Source: Candidatus Saccharimonadota bacterium (GTDB lineage Bacteria; Patescibacteriota; Saccharimonadia; Saccharimonadales; JACOTW01). Taken from it: DNA of 64,000 nucleotides. Below, one piece after another: positions 27,643 through 36,770 of the stretch. Every line of letters starts with the position of its first letter. Position 1 is the first letter of the stretch. The stretch covers positions 2,681 through 66,680 of the forward strand of contig JACOTW010000004.1 in NCBI GenBank assembly GCA_016178135.1, given 5' to 3'. The translations under genes and the position numbers were made by a program. The notes beneath the pieces were generated by a model. The model did not search any database. It was not told the origin of the DNA and saw only the letters and a program-made list of their open reading frames with translations.

Positions 27643-28331
27643 GGATAGTTGGGGACTACGTTTTAATTCTAGCTTTGATCCTTCTATTTATGTTGCCATT
27701 TTATCTTGTCTATTATCTTAGGCGTAATAGGGATGGCGAGGTAAAATTAAACCTAAGTCGCCACTTAGAGAACTTTTTTCTTAGCCGCCAGGCAAATTAC
27801 CTGATCTTCTTTTGGGCTATGGGCGAAGCATTGATTTGGTTTGTCATTCCAGAGTTTTTACTACTACTCATGGTCTTTATGAGGATTAGGAGAAAACGAG
27901 AATTGCTGGTATATGACCTAGGCGGTACTATGGCCGGGACAATCGTCGCTTTTTTTATTCATGCCTCACCAGCCACTATCGCGGGCTTACCCTACGTCCA
28001 GCCAGCAATGGTCGAGCAGACTATGGCTTGGTATGACAAGCTCGGCGTATGGGGATTAATCTACCAGCCTTTTTCTGGTGTGCCGTACAAGGTTTTTACG
28101 TTGACAGCTACAGCCGCAGGATTGTCACTAGTAACGTTTGTAGTTATTGCCGTGCTCGTTAGGATGAGTCGCTATTTGGTGGCATTTGGGTTGTTTGTCG
28201 CACTTTATCCTGGCCTACACAGACTAGTTTCACGAAATTACGTAAAGCTTTTCTTGGTTGCCGTGTTTATTTTCTCTCTACTGCTACTCAGGGTCTCCAA
28301 CATATTTGGACCTGGTTACCAAGTTCACTAG
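27624..28331 (+). CDS. Hypothetical membrane protein
   Basis: 235 aa, multi-TM. It overlaps the 3' end of the UbiA gene. Confidence 0.45.
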   Translation: MFGDLLRIVGDYVLILALILLFMLPFYLVYYLRRNRDGEVKLNLSRHLENFFLSRQANYLIFFWAMGEALIWFVIPEFLLLLMVFMRIRRKRELLVYDLGGTMAGTIVAFFIHASPATIAGLPYVQPAMVEQTMAWYDKLGVWGLIYQPFSGVPYKVFTLTATAAGLSLVTFVVIAVLVRMSRYLVAFGLFVALYPGLHRLVSRNYVKLFLVAVFIFSLLLLRVSNIFGPGYQVH

Positions 28332-28390
28332 TCGTTTTATTTTGTTCCTTCGGAGATAGCGTCATTAATCGGGGATGATGCCCCGGGTAT

Positions 28391-28579
28391 TATAGCCCCC
28401 GCAAAACAAATTCGTGGGTTTTTGAAGCAATGATCTTTGAGTCAAAAACTGACTTTTCCGAGAGAGACATATCCTTAGATACGTTGAACGAGGAAAGGCG
28501 GTTTTGGGCCAAAGAGGGTGATTCGAAAAGCCAAAGAGGGTGATTCGAAAAGTCGGGAATTTGTTTTGCGGGGGCTGTA
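28391..28579 (+). mobile_element. Family A element, copy A4, subfamily 1, 189 bp (22-bp internal tandem duplication)
   Basis: CCAAAGAGGGTGATTCGAAAAG is duplicated. The right TIR ends CTGTA and runs directly into a family B half element. Confidence 0.85.
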
Positions 28580-28663
28580 GCTAAGGCTACCTCTTCTTCA
28601 GTCAAACCACTCCCAACTCGAGCTGATTTGCCCTGGGAACGGGCGATTTTGGGTAAGTCCAGT
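28577..28663 (-). repeat. Family B half element (from the central palindrome to one TIR)
   Basis: GTAGCTAAGGCTACCTCTTCTTCAGTCAAACCACTCCCAACTCGAGCTGATTTGCCCTGGGAACGGGCGATTTTGGGTAAGTCCAGT is the reverse complement of the left half of B2. Confidence 0.8.
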
Positions 28664-28762
28664 TTATTCTCAATAGGTGCATTGACTAATGTAATGTAAA
28701 ACCCCACCCCGTAATAGCCCTCCATTATTATAAATACCCAGCTATAGCTTATTATATATAAT

Positions 28763-29335
28763 ATGCCGATTAGAAATAAAACTAGTGAAATTATCGATTT
28801 GTTTGTTGTTGGTGTCGCTACCGCTGGCGTAGTTGGCCTAACCATCATGGCGCCGAATAGTTTAGTGGCGCTAGAGAAGATATTGGACAATTTTCTAACC
28901 GGACGGGACAAAAAGCATGAAGCAAAAAGGATAGCTAAGTACCTGAAGCAGCGCAAGCTGGTTTCTGTAGAGGAACAAGTGGATGGTGATTATCGAGTAA
29001 CTTTGACAGATGGCGGCTCAAAACGAAGCCAAATTGCTTCTTTCGAACGTCTTGAACTTCCTAACATTAGGTGGGATGGCAAGTGGCGTATTGTAACATT
29101 TGATATCCCTGAACAGCACAAACAAGTTAGGGATTATTTATCCAGACATATGAAAAGGGTTGGGTTCAAGCAGCTGCAACGTAGTGTATTTGTTTATCCA
29201 TATGGTGTGGAGGAGTTTGTGGCAATCTTGTTCGATATTTATCCAGAAGTAAAAAAATACTTCGTCTATGCCGTGGCCGAAGATGTGAGTAATCACAATC
29301 AGCTAGTCAAACAATTCAAAAACATCCTCAGATAG
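28763..29335 (+). CDS. PaaX-like (winged-helix plus Cas2-like fold) putative regulator
   Basis: 190 aa. WDGKWRIVTFDIPEQHKQVRDYLSRHMKRVGFKQLQRSVFVYP resembles the PaaX-family C-terminal pattern. The start is uncertain. Confidence 0.5.
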   Translation: MPIRNKTSEIIDLFVVGVATAGVVGLTIMAPNSLVALEKILDNFLTGRDKKHEAKRIAKYLKQRKLVSVEEQVDGDYRVTLTDGGSKRSQIASFERLELPNIRWDGKWRIVTFDIPEQHKQVRDYLSRHMKRVGFKQLQRSVFVYPYGVEEFVAILFDIYPEVKKYFVYAVAEDVSNHNQLVKQFKNILR

Positions 29336-29346
29336 TTGTTATATAT

Positions 29347-29366
29347 AACGCGCTATAGCGTTTTTT
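29347..29366 (+). terminator. Weak intrinsic terminator between convergent genes
   Basis: AACGC-GCTATA-GCGTT forms a 5-bp stem followed by TTTT. Confidence 0.35.
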
Positions 29367-29403
29367 ATATATATGTTTATTCATTATGGGGGTTTGGTGG
29401 AAA

Positions 29404-30036
29404 TTATTCTTCTGGGTTATTTTCAGAAGTGTTGGCCTCAGAAGATTTGATTTCGGGGGTGGTCGCTCCGGGGATGTTGGCCTCAGGGATGTTGGTTTCG
29501 AATGTGTTATTTTCGGAGGTGTTGGTAACTTCATCTACAGGTTTGTCTTTGGTACTAGAATCTTCATTTGCAGAATGGCCTTCACCGCCGGGTTTTAGGA
29601 CGATATGGCGGTCGCGGCCTTCACCTACTGATTCCGTTTCAAGGCCCTGTCCACTGGCTAGTTTGTGTACTACACGACGGTCAGCAGCATTCATGGGGGG
29701 CAAATTCATAGGCTTACCCGACTTCTTCACGGCGTTAACCCATTCCATGGCACGGTCTTCCAGGCGACTGGCGCGTTGCTTTTTATAATCTGCTACGTCT
29801 ATATTGACGCGAGTAAATTCAAATTCGTTACTTCTAAGCGCATTACTGACCATAAATTGCAGAGCACGCACCGTCTCACCACGCTGACCAATCAAAAATC
29901 CGTTCAAATGAGTACTCGGAACATTCAGTTCGATAACTTCATTATCTTCTGTAGTAGCATAAACATCCGTGTTCAGCCCAAAAAAAGACAATAGATCTTC
30001 AAGATATTTTTTGGCGTACTGAATAGATTCTTCCAT
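29404..30036 (-). CDS. jag: Jag/KhpB RNA-binding protein (Jag-N, KH, R3H) with a low-complexity C-terminal tail
   Basis: 210 aa in the conserved position after yidC. GFLIGQRGETVRALQ is KH-like and the NAADRRVVHKL segment is R3H-like. The tail SENNTFETNIPEANIPGATTPEIKSSEANTSENNPEE is encoded by ~15-bp periodic repeats. Confidence 0.8.
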   Translation of the reverse strand: MEESIQYAKKYLEDLLSFFGLNTDVYATTEDNEVIELNVPSTHLNGFLIGQRGETVRALQFMVSNALRSNEFEFTRVNIDVADYKKQRASRLEDRAMEWVNAVKKSGKPMNLPPMNAADRRVVHKLASGQGLETESVGEGRDRHIVLKPGGEGHSANEDSSTKDKPVDEVTNTSENNTFETNIPEANIPGATTPEIKSSEANTSENNPEE

Positions 30037-30992
30037 TACTTTTTCCTCCGCTTCTTTTTATAGGATGCTTTGGTTTTGTTGGGGTTTGTTGGTTTTTTAA
30101 TAACAACTTCACCATCAATAATATTTTTCTTGGGTGGCTGATCAGCTATTGCTTCCAGTTCTGTTTCGTCCTGCTTGAGCACACTAGATTGTTGGATGAA
30201 CGCAGTTAGGCCACTAATTAGCCAATACAAGCTAAGGGCTGAAGCAATATTGACGGTAAAGATAAAAATCATACCTGGTATAAGATATTTAGTATTCCGG
30301 CCGATAGCCGCATTAACTTCGGCCTGATCAGCCTCCTTGCCACCACCGGCATCTTTGAGTATTTGGCGTAATTTACGTCCATCTTTATTCTGTGGCATAA
30401 GTTGCTTGCTCTGATAATACTGGGCTACAGCACTGCCAATTACAATGAACATAGCCGGCCAGTATATACCACCATTCCCGAGTGCCGCTCTTTTAAGATC
30501 TATAACCCCAAATAGTGAGGCATCAAAACGGTTTATATCAACTGCCAGATCTTTCATCCAACCAAAATTATGTAACCAAGAATAAGAGAAGTCGATAATA
30601 GCTTGTGGATCATCAATAACCCGACGTAGTCCACTATAAAGCGCAATAAGAATAGGAATTTGCAAGATCAGAATACCGATTGATGAAAATGGACTAATCT
30701 GACGCTCTTTGTAAAGTTCCATGAGCATCATTGATTCTTTCTGACGATTACCCTTGGTGGCCTGTTTGATACGTTTTAACTCCGGCTGCAGTTCCCGCAT
30801 AGCCTTGGCGTGATGCAGTTGCTTCCTGATCAGTGGCCACATCAAAAGACGCACAACAATAGTGAATATAATAATAGCTAGGCCAAAATTATGTCCTGGC
30901 AGTATGGCATAGATAAAAACCAGCAGGTTGAAAATCGGTTGAATAATAAGAGTATTAAAAAAAGATGCGAACATAATTTCCCTTTCTTGCAT
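30036..30992 (-). CDS. yidC: Membrane protein insertase YidC
   Basis: 318 aa in the rnpA-yidC-jag order, multi-TM with a basic C-terminal tail KKKRRKK. The start may be the internal M at 30974. Confidence 0.85.
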   Translation of the reverse strand: MQEREIMFASFFNTLIIQPIFNLLVFIYAILPGHNFGLAIIIFTIVVRLLMWPLIRKQLHHAKAMRELQPELKRIKQATKGNRQKESMMLMELYKERQISPFSSIGILILQIPILIALYSGLRRVIDDPQAIIDFSYSWLHNFGWMKDLAVDINRFDASLFGVIDLKRAALGNGGIYWPAMFIVIGSAVAQYYQSKQLMPQNKDGRKLRQILKDAGGGKEADQAEVNAAIGRNTKYLIPGMIFIFTVNIASALSLYWLISGLTAFIQQSSVLKQDETELEAIADQPPKKNIIDGEVVIKKPTNPNKTKASYKKKRRKK

Positions 30993-31515
30993 CTATAATA
31001 TCACGCCTGTTGGGGAAAAAGCGTGAAAGCCCTATATATAGCCCCCGCAAAACAAATTCACGGCTTTTTGAACCGCCCTCTTCGGTCAAAAGCTGTTTTT
31101 CCTCACTCACCTTATCTAAGGATATGCTTCCCTCGGAAAAGCCAGTTTTTGACTCGAAGATCATCGGCTCCAAAACCACGTTGGCCTGCTTTAGCTGTGC
31201 CCTAACCAATCTATCAAGATCATCGAACGAAAGTTCAGCGACTTGCTCATGAAAAACGGTTATTACCAAATCGTATGGTTCAATTATTTTAGACTCGTAT
31301 TGACGAACGGCCTCATATAAACGACGACGAATACGATTACGCGTAACTGCCGATTTATTAACTTTTTTACTAACCACTATTGCTAAACGATATGTTTGCC
31401 GTCGATCATTGTGGGTATATTTTAGTGATGTCAGTGGACCACGTACAGTTTGCCCATGCCTGTAAACGTACTTTAGCGATCCGTAGCCATGAAAACGATG
31501 TTTGCGGCTAATCAT
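30955..31515 (-). CDS. rnpA: RNase P protein component, C-terminally extended by read-through into truncated element A5
   Basis: The first ~115 aa (RLAIVVSKKVNKSAVTRNRIRRRLYEA) look like a normal RnpA. A further 71 aa (LEPMIFESKTGFSEGS...EFVLRGLY...) are read from the family A element and the yidC leader. Confidence 0.8.
   Translation of the reverse strand: MISRKHRFHGYGSLKYVYRHGQTVRGPLTSLKYTHNDRRQTYRLAIVVSKKVNKSAVTRNRIRRRLYEAVRQYESKIIEPYDLVITVFHEQVAELSFDDLDRLVRAQLKQANVVLEPMIFESKTGFSEGSISLDKVSEEKQLLTEEGGSKSREFVLRGLYIGLSRFFPNRRDIIDARKGNYVRIFF
31037..31177 (-). mobile_element. Family A element, copy A5, subfamily 2, truncated (one TIR missing)
   Basis: One TIR is intact at 31037. The copy ends at ...GGCTCCAAAACC, about 25 bp short of the other TIR, where it is fused to rnpA coding sequence. 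Confidence 0.8.
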
Positions 31516-31583
31516 AAATACAGATTACAGGAAATATATGACAGATGACAGAAATTTATCATATTCAGATTTTGGGCGAATTA

Positions 31584-31721
31584 TTACGCAGACAAACGGT
31601 TGCGACCTTTTAGTCGGCGACGAGCTAAAACAGCACGACCAGCCTTGGTAGCCATTCGTTTCATAAAACCATGCTCACGAGCACGTTTGCGTTTTTTTGG
31701 TTGGTAGGTTCTTTTTGGCAT
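31584..31721 (-). CDS. rpmH: 50S ribosomal protein L34
   Basis: Own translation gives [45 protein letters not shown] (45 aa). It is below the ORF-track length cutoff and sits in the canonical position upstream of rnpA. Confidence 0.92.
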   Translation of the reverse strand: MPKRTYQPKKRKRAREHGFMKRMATKAGRAVLARRRLKGRNRLSA

Positions 31722-31760
31722 AGACTACAATTATCGCATAAAATCCTTGTTTTTCCAAGG

Positions 31761-31804
31761 AAACATTTTCGCTCGAGATAATTCACTCTGGGAACAGACG
31801 GTTT
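31761..31804 (-). repeat. Family B partial (variant half)
   Basis: AAACATTTTCGCTCGAGATAATTCACTCTGGGAACAGACGG matches the variant half seen at 51760-51800 and 53487-53515. Confidence 0.55.
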
Positions 31805-31968
31805 TACTGGACCTGTCGCAAAGCTCCCCCCATCCCGAGACCAATTCATCTCGGCTGGTAGCGGTCTGTCTTCTCTCGATGTAGCTAAGGCTACCTCCCC
31901 TTCAGTCAAACCACTCCCAACTCGAGCTGATTTAGCCTGGGAACGGGCGATTTTGCGATAGGTCCAGT
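31805..31968 (-). mobile_element. Family B element, copy B3 (TIR variant CTGGACCTGTCGCAAA), in the rpmH-dnaA spacer
   Basis: It runs TACTGGACCTGTCGCAAAGCTCCCCCCATCCCGAGACC...GTAGCTAAGGCTAC...GGGCGATTTTGCGATAGGTCCAGT. Confidence 0.8.
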
Positions 31969-32047
31969 TTATGTAAGTCGAGTTTACTCTTATTTGTTGG
32001 GCTTAATGAGTGAAATTAACAATATTTACCCCTCTATTATTTAGTGG

Positions 32048-32173
32048 TTATCCACGACTATATAACCATTTTCCACAGTTTTGCAGGGACGGTTTTTGGG
32101 TGTGTACAACTTTCTATCTGTTCGGGGTAGGTATCGTGATTGTAGGCTTTATTCTTTATAAAGTTGTGGAAAA
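32048..32173. promoter_or_regulatory. DnaA-box cluster upstream of dnaA (candidate oriC part or dnaA autoregulation)
   Basis: TTATCCACG lies at 32048-32056, TTTTCCACA at 32069-32077 and TGTGGAAAA at 32165-32173. Each has 1 mismatch to TTATCCACA. Confidence 0.55.
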
Positions 32174-32231
32174 GTCCTGGGTTATTGACTATACTGATTA
32201 TTGGCAAGATTGAGAAGTGTGAGGGAAACAT

Positions 32232-33599
32232 ATGCAGGATAGTTTGTGGCAAGCAGTGCTCGGCGAAATTGAACTTACTGTTTCAAGGGGTAGTTTTGTT
32301 ACGTGGTTTAAAAATACTCGTTTGCTACGACATAAAGACAACATTTTGGTGATTGGTGTGCAAAACGTCTTTGTTAAACAACAATTAGAAAGAAAATATA
32401 ATCAACTAATTGCCGATACACTTAAAAAGAACGGCGCGGAGCCAGAACGCATTGAATATAAGATTTACTCTGGGGCAACACTCCATAAAAAAACTGATGA
32501 TGACCCGATAGTCCTAGAATCCGCACAGTCTGGAGCTCGAACAGCTAATCGTCCCTCGCCAACAACACTAACTCATACTTATAGACAGGGACTCAATGAA
32601 CGTTACACGTTTGAAAACTTCGTAGTTGGGTCTGGTAATGAATTAGCCTATGCCGCTTGTCAAGCCATAGCTAGTAACCCTGGTACAAAATATAATCCTC
32701 TTTTTGTATATGGTGGGGTTGGTATCGGGAAAACTCATTTGATTCAGGCAGTCGGTAACGCCATAGCATCTAATAATCCTGGAGCGCATGTAGTTTATAT
32801 ATCTACCGAGCAATTTGTACAAGAATTTCTAGACGCTATACGTTACAAGAAAAATACTGATTTTGCGGGATATTACCGTAGTGCCGATGTTTTGATTGTT
32901 GATGATGTTCAAATTATAGCCGGAAAAGAAAAGACTCAAGAAGAATTTTTCCATACATTCAACGCCCTACATCAAGCCAATAAGCAAATAATAATTAGTA
33001 GTGATAGACCACCTAAAGATATACCAACACTAGAGGAACGCCTACGTAGTAGATTTGCATGGGGGATGAGTATAGATATGCAGACTCCGGATTTTGAAAC
33101 GCGCTGTGCTATTGTCCAGACCAAGGCCCACGCCCACTCTATAGACCTACCGCAGCCAGTAGTCGAGTTTCTGGCCAATCTTATTCAGACCAATATTCGA
33201 GAGCTTGAAGGGGCGCTAAATCAATTATTAGCATTTTGTGAAATGCGCGAACTAGATCCAGATATTAGTATAGCTATTGGTTTACTTGGTTCTGCAAAAA
33301 ATCGTCCAAAACACATTAACCCCAAACAAATTGTTGAACGTACCGCCAAATATTTTCATATACCGCTTGATGAAATTGTTGGCCCTAAGCGCGACAAAGA
33401 CATAGTAGTGCCACGTCAGATAGCAATGCACATATTACGAAGTGAGCTACATCTAAGTTTCCCTAAAATAGCCAGGGAGTTGGGCCGCAAAGACCATACA
33501 ACTGCTATTCATTCTGTAGAAAAAATAGATAAAGAGATGGCTCTAGATGCTGATATACGTTTAGCCATTAGTGAGATAAGGGCACACCTTTATGCATAA
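32232..33599 (+). CDS. dnaA: Chromosomal replication initiator DnaA
   Basis: 455 aa with Walker A GGVGIGKTHL, Walker B LIVDDVQ and a C-terminal DNA-binding signature KDHTTAIHSVEKI. Confidence 0.95.
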   Translation: MQDSLWQAVLGEIELTVSRGSFVTWFKNTRLLRHKDNILVIGVQNVFVKQQLERKYNQLIADTLKKNGAEPERIEYKIYSGATLHKKTDDDPIVLESAQSGARTANRPSPTTLTHTYRQGLNERYTFENFVVGSGNELAYAACQAIASNPGTKYNPLFVYGGVGIGKTHLIQAVGNAIASNNPGAHVVYISTEQFVQEFLDAIRYKKNTDFAGYYRSADVLIVDDVQIIAGKEKTQEEFFHTFNALHQANKQIIISSDRPPKDIPTLEERLRSRFAWGMSIDMQTPDFETRCAIVQTKAHAHSIDLPQPVVEFLANLIQTNIRELEGALNQLLAFCEMRELDPDISIAIGLLGSAKNRPKHINPKQIVERTAKYFHIPLDEIVGPKRDKDIVVPRQIAMHILRSELHLSFPKIARELGRKDHTTAIHSVEKIDKEMALDADIRLAISEIRAHLYA

Positions 33600-33689
33600 A
33601 AGCCAAATCCAAAACTCATCATCACACGTGGTTGGTTGTGTACGAGTTGTGCAAAAATACAAGGTAAACCTGTGCGTAACTGGGGGTGA

Positions 33690-33890
33690 TTTTACACGGA
33701 TGGGTTTTGGACTTTTGGTTACTGGGTATAAAACTATGGACTTTCCATTTTTTATACATTTTTTATACACCAACATTCCCACATATTTAGTACGGCTAGT
33801 TCTTGATGTGCGGTTAGGTTTTTACACACTTTCCACAATACCTATTAAAGAAACTACTAATTAAGATATTTAAATAAAAGGAGTATTTAT
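33690..33890. promoter_or_regulatory. Candidate oriC: relaxed DnaA-box cluster plus an AT-rich stretch in the dnaA-dnaN spacer
   Basis: The 9-mers are TTTTACACG 33690, TTTATACAT 33751, TTATACACC 33763, TTCCCACAT 33776, TTTTACACA 33820 and CTTTCCACA 33829. The AT-rich run AATTAAGATATTTAAATAAAA follows. Confidence 0.45.
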
Positions 33891-34985
33891 ATGAAATTAC
33901 AAGTAACCCAGGAAAACCTATCTCGTGCCCTTAATACTGTTGCTCGTATAGCAACCACTCGTGGCACCCTCCCTATTTTATCGAATGTACTACTTAAGGT
34001 TATTGATAATCGTCTAAGTATATCCGCTACTAACCTCGATATAGCCATGACTAATTTTATTGGTTCAAAAGTTAGTAAAGAAGGAGCTATTACTGTTCCG
34101 GCTAGGTTAATGCAGGATTTTGTAAGTAGTTTACCTAGTGACATAATTAGTCTTGAATTAGATAATAATAAATTAAAAATATCTTCAGGAAAGTATCAAT
34201 CAGTAATTAATGGTATTAGTGCTGAAGATTTTCCGATTATGCCGGCCATCACCGAAGGTAAAAACTGGGTGATACCAGCACCAATACTTAAAAAAGGACT
34301 GCAACAAGTCATTATAGCAGCATCTTCAGATGAAGCTCGTCCAGTGCTAACAGGCGTATATCTACACACCTTTAATAACAGTCTTTATGCCGTAGCTACC
34401 GATAGTTATCGTTTGGCAGAGAAGAATCTAATAAACACAAAAGAAACCATAGATTTACTAATCCCCTGCTCTGCTATGCAGGACTTGCTAAGGATTATTG
34501 GTGATTTTGATGGAGATATTGAGGTTACCAGTGATGATCAACAAGTTCTTTTTCGGGTTGGTGAAATTGAGCTTATTACCCGACTAATAGAAGGTAAATA
34601 CCCAGATTACCGGAAACTTATCCCCGAAAAATTTGCGGTAACAGCTACCTTGCCACACAGTGAACTACTTAATATCACTAAAGTATCGAGTCTGTTTGCC
34701 CGCGAAAGTGCCGGTAGTATTACTATAAATGTTGATGATAAAGATCAACAAATCAACATCCATTCTATAGCCTCCCAGCTTGGAGAAAATACTGCCGCAG
34801 CTGAAGCAAAAGTAACTGGCGATGGCAATATAACACTTAACTCTCGTTATTTATTAGATGCTTTGCATATAATTGGCAGTGAAAACGTAAGCTTGTCTTT
34901 TAATGGCAAACTTGAACCAAGTGTATTGCGCGAATCAGGAAAAACCACCGATTATACTCATATAATCATGCCCCTAAAAAGCTAA
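33891..34985 (+). CDS. dnaN: DNA polymerase III beta sliding clamp
   Basis: 364 aa in the position after dnaA. The N-terminus is MKLQVTQENLSRALNTVARIATTRGTLPILSNVLL. Confidence 0.9.
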   Translation: MKLQVTQENLSRALNTVARIATTRGTLPILSNVLLKVIDNRLSISATNLDIAMTNFIGSKVSKEGAITVPARLMQDFVSSLPSDIISLELDNNKLKISSGKYQSVINGISAEDFPIMPAITEGKNWVIPAPILKKGLQQVIIAASSDEARPVLTGVYLHTFNNSLYAVATDSYRLAEKNLINTKETIDLLIPCSAMQDLLRIIGDFDGDIEVTSDDQQVLFRVGEIELITRLIEGKYPDYRKLIPEKFAVTATLPHSELLNITKVSSLFARESAGSITINVDDKDQQINIHSIASQLGENTAAAEAKVTGDGNITLNSRYLLDALHIIGSENVSLSFNGKLEPSVLRESGKTTDYTHIIMPLKS

Positions 34986-35000
34986 GCTACAATTAGAAGC

Positions 35001-36059
35001 ATGATAACGGACATCAGGTTACAAAACTTTCGTTCATACAAAGACGAGTCTTTTGAACTTGGTTTGGGTGTGAATATTATTGTGGGGCCTAATACCAGCG
35101 GTAAAACTAACTTGCTCGAAGCTATACAAATACTCTGTAACGGGAGTTCTTATAGAGCCAAAGATAACCAATTAGTTAGATATAAAAAACCATGGGCAAG
35201 GCTAGATGCTCATACCAAAAATGGTCAACGAACAGTCAAATTAGAACGGAGTGGAGATGGGGTTAAAAAATCATTCGAGATTGATAAACAGATTTTTGTA
35301 AGATTGGGTTTTGTAAAGACCTTGCCAGTAGTTTTATTTGAACCCAACGACCTACAGCTTTTTCATGGCTCGCCAGAGCTACGGCGTAATTTTATGGACG
35401 ATTTACTAGAGCAAACAATTCCTGATTTTGGGCAAGTCAGGCGTCAATATCGTAGAGTGTTGACGCAACGCAATTCGTTATTAAAACGTGCCCAAAACAC
35501 CACACAGCAACAACTATTTGTTTGGGATGTGCGTTTAAGTGATTTGGGCGGCCGAATCGCGACTTACCGGCAACAACTAGTGCAAAACCTAAACGAAAAA
35601 ATGAGCGAGCTTTATAGTACAATCGCAAACTCAAAGACTCAAATAGAAGTTAACTATGATTCAGCTTGCTCTGTTGATAATTACAGTACCTCACTGCTTA
35701 AAAAATTAGAGGCTAGTACTAATTTGGATTTTGTCCGAGGCTTTACGTCACATGGCCCGCACCGTGACGACTTCAAGATACTATTAAACAACCATCCAGC
35801 CGAAGATTCAGCTTCTCGTGGTGAAACTCGCACACTACTACTGGCACTCAAAATAGTTGAATTAAGCCTAATAGAAGTTGCTCGTAATAAAAAACCAATC
35901 TTACTACTGGATGATGTGTTTAGTGAGCTGGACGGCAAACGCCGCCGTTCTCTAACCGAGTTTCTAGACAGCTACCAAACCTTCATCACCACCACCGACG
36001 CCGACGTAGTGGTCCAGCATTTTCTAAACAACTGCACCATCATCCCCACCAACAATTAA
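35001..36059 (+). CDS. recF: DNA replication and repair protein RecF
   Basis: 352 aa with Walker A GPNTSGKTNLLEAI, an SRGETRTLLLALK signature-like motif and Walker B LLLDDVFSELD. Confidence 0.9.
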   Translation: MITDIRLQNFRSYKDESFELGLGVNIIVGPNTSGKTNLLEAIQILCNGSSYRAKDNQLVRYKKPWARLDAHTKNGQRTVKLERSGDGVKKSFEIDKQIFVRLGFVKTLPVVLFEPNDLQLFHGSPELRRNFMDDLLEQTIPDFGQVRRQYRRVLTQRNSLLKRAQNTTQQQLFVWDVRLSDLGGRIATYRQQLVQNLNEKMSELYSTIANSKTQIEVNYDSACSVDNYSTSLLKKLEASTNLDFVRGFTSHGPHRDDFKILLNNHPAEDSASRGETRTLLLALKIVELSLIEVARNKKPILLLDDVFSELDGKRRRSLTEFLDSYQTFITTTDADVVVQHFLNNCTIIPTNN

Positions 36060-36093
36060 ACCAACTCACGTGAATTTTAATGATGGGCTGGGA

Positions 36094-36510
36094 TTAATGG
36101 TTTTGGGTGGGCAGGATGTGCAGTTGTTTGCCGAGGATTTCTTCAAAAACCACAAAGTCTTTATCAAGAGTCACCAGAGGCAAGCCGGTTTCCTTGGCTA
36201 GGGCGGCGATCCAAAGGTCATTATGCGACAATGCCCGCCCGCGTCGCTCGGCGTAAACGTAGAGTTCTGCGTAATGGGCGGCCGTTTCAACTCGAGCCAA
36301 TTCAACGCGCACATACGGCTGGGACAGAAACTGTTCCAGTGTTTGTTCATTATGCTCCCGACGCGAACCCTTAAGGTATCCGTACTTTAGTTCGCCAATA
36401 ACTACAAAAGGCATGACAAGCTCCTTAGCCGAATTGATTACCTCCACTACCGTTTTATTGCCTTCTAGAAGCGCATTGTAGGCAACTGTGTCCAGAATCA
36501 CTTGCGCCAC
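36094..36510 (-). CDS. vapC: PIN-domain toxin VapC
   Basis: 138 aa with acidic residues in VILDT and LVTLDKDF. It overlaps the upstream antitoxin gene by 13 nt. Confidence 0.8.
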   Translation of the reverse strand: MAQVILDTVAYNALLEGNKTVVEVINSAKELVMPFVVIGELKYGYLKGSRREHNEQTLEQFLSQPYVRVELARVETAAHYAELYVYAERRGRALSHNDLWIAALAKETGLPLVTLDKDFVVFEEILGKQLHILPTQNH

Positions 36511-36770
36511 TCTCTCTCGGCCATATAGCGCTTTTGCAAACGGTCTTCTTCATCAAGTACTGCAATAGTCTCATTATCTACACCGCGTCCAATAAACCAG
36601 TCCAACATCTCACTCAAACTCTCATTTGTATTATTTGGGAGATGATTATGGGCAACCAGATCACCCAAAACAATTTGGTTCAAGCTTTTGCCAGTGATCT
36701 TTGCCCTTTTTCTTAGAGCCTTATCTAGGGCTGGGGGGATATTTCGTAATGTATATTGTATTGTAGGCAT
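36498..36770 (-). CDS. vapB: Antitoxin (FitA/VapB-like, RHH-type N-terminus)
   Basis: 90 aa. IQYTLRNIPPALDKALRKRAKITGKSLNQIV resembles RHH/FitA-type antitoxins. Confidence 0.6.
   Translation of the reverse strand: MPTIQYTLRNIPPALDKALRKRAKITGKSLNQIVLGDLVAHNHLPNNTNESLSEMLDWFIGRGVDNETIAVLDEEDRLQKRYMAEREWRK

Noticed and set aside
29404-29530. A ~15-bp periodic repeat (GATGTTGGCCTCAGG / GATGTTGGTTTCGAA / TGTGTTATTTTCGGA / GGTGTTGGTAAC) that looked like a short tandem array.
   Set aside because: It lies within the jag ORF and encodes its low-complexity acidic, T/N-rich tail. I saw no evidence of a regulatory or CRISPR-like role.
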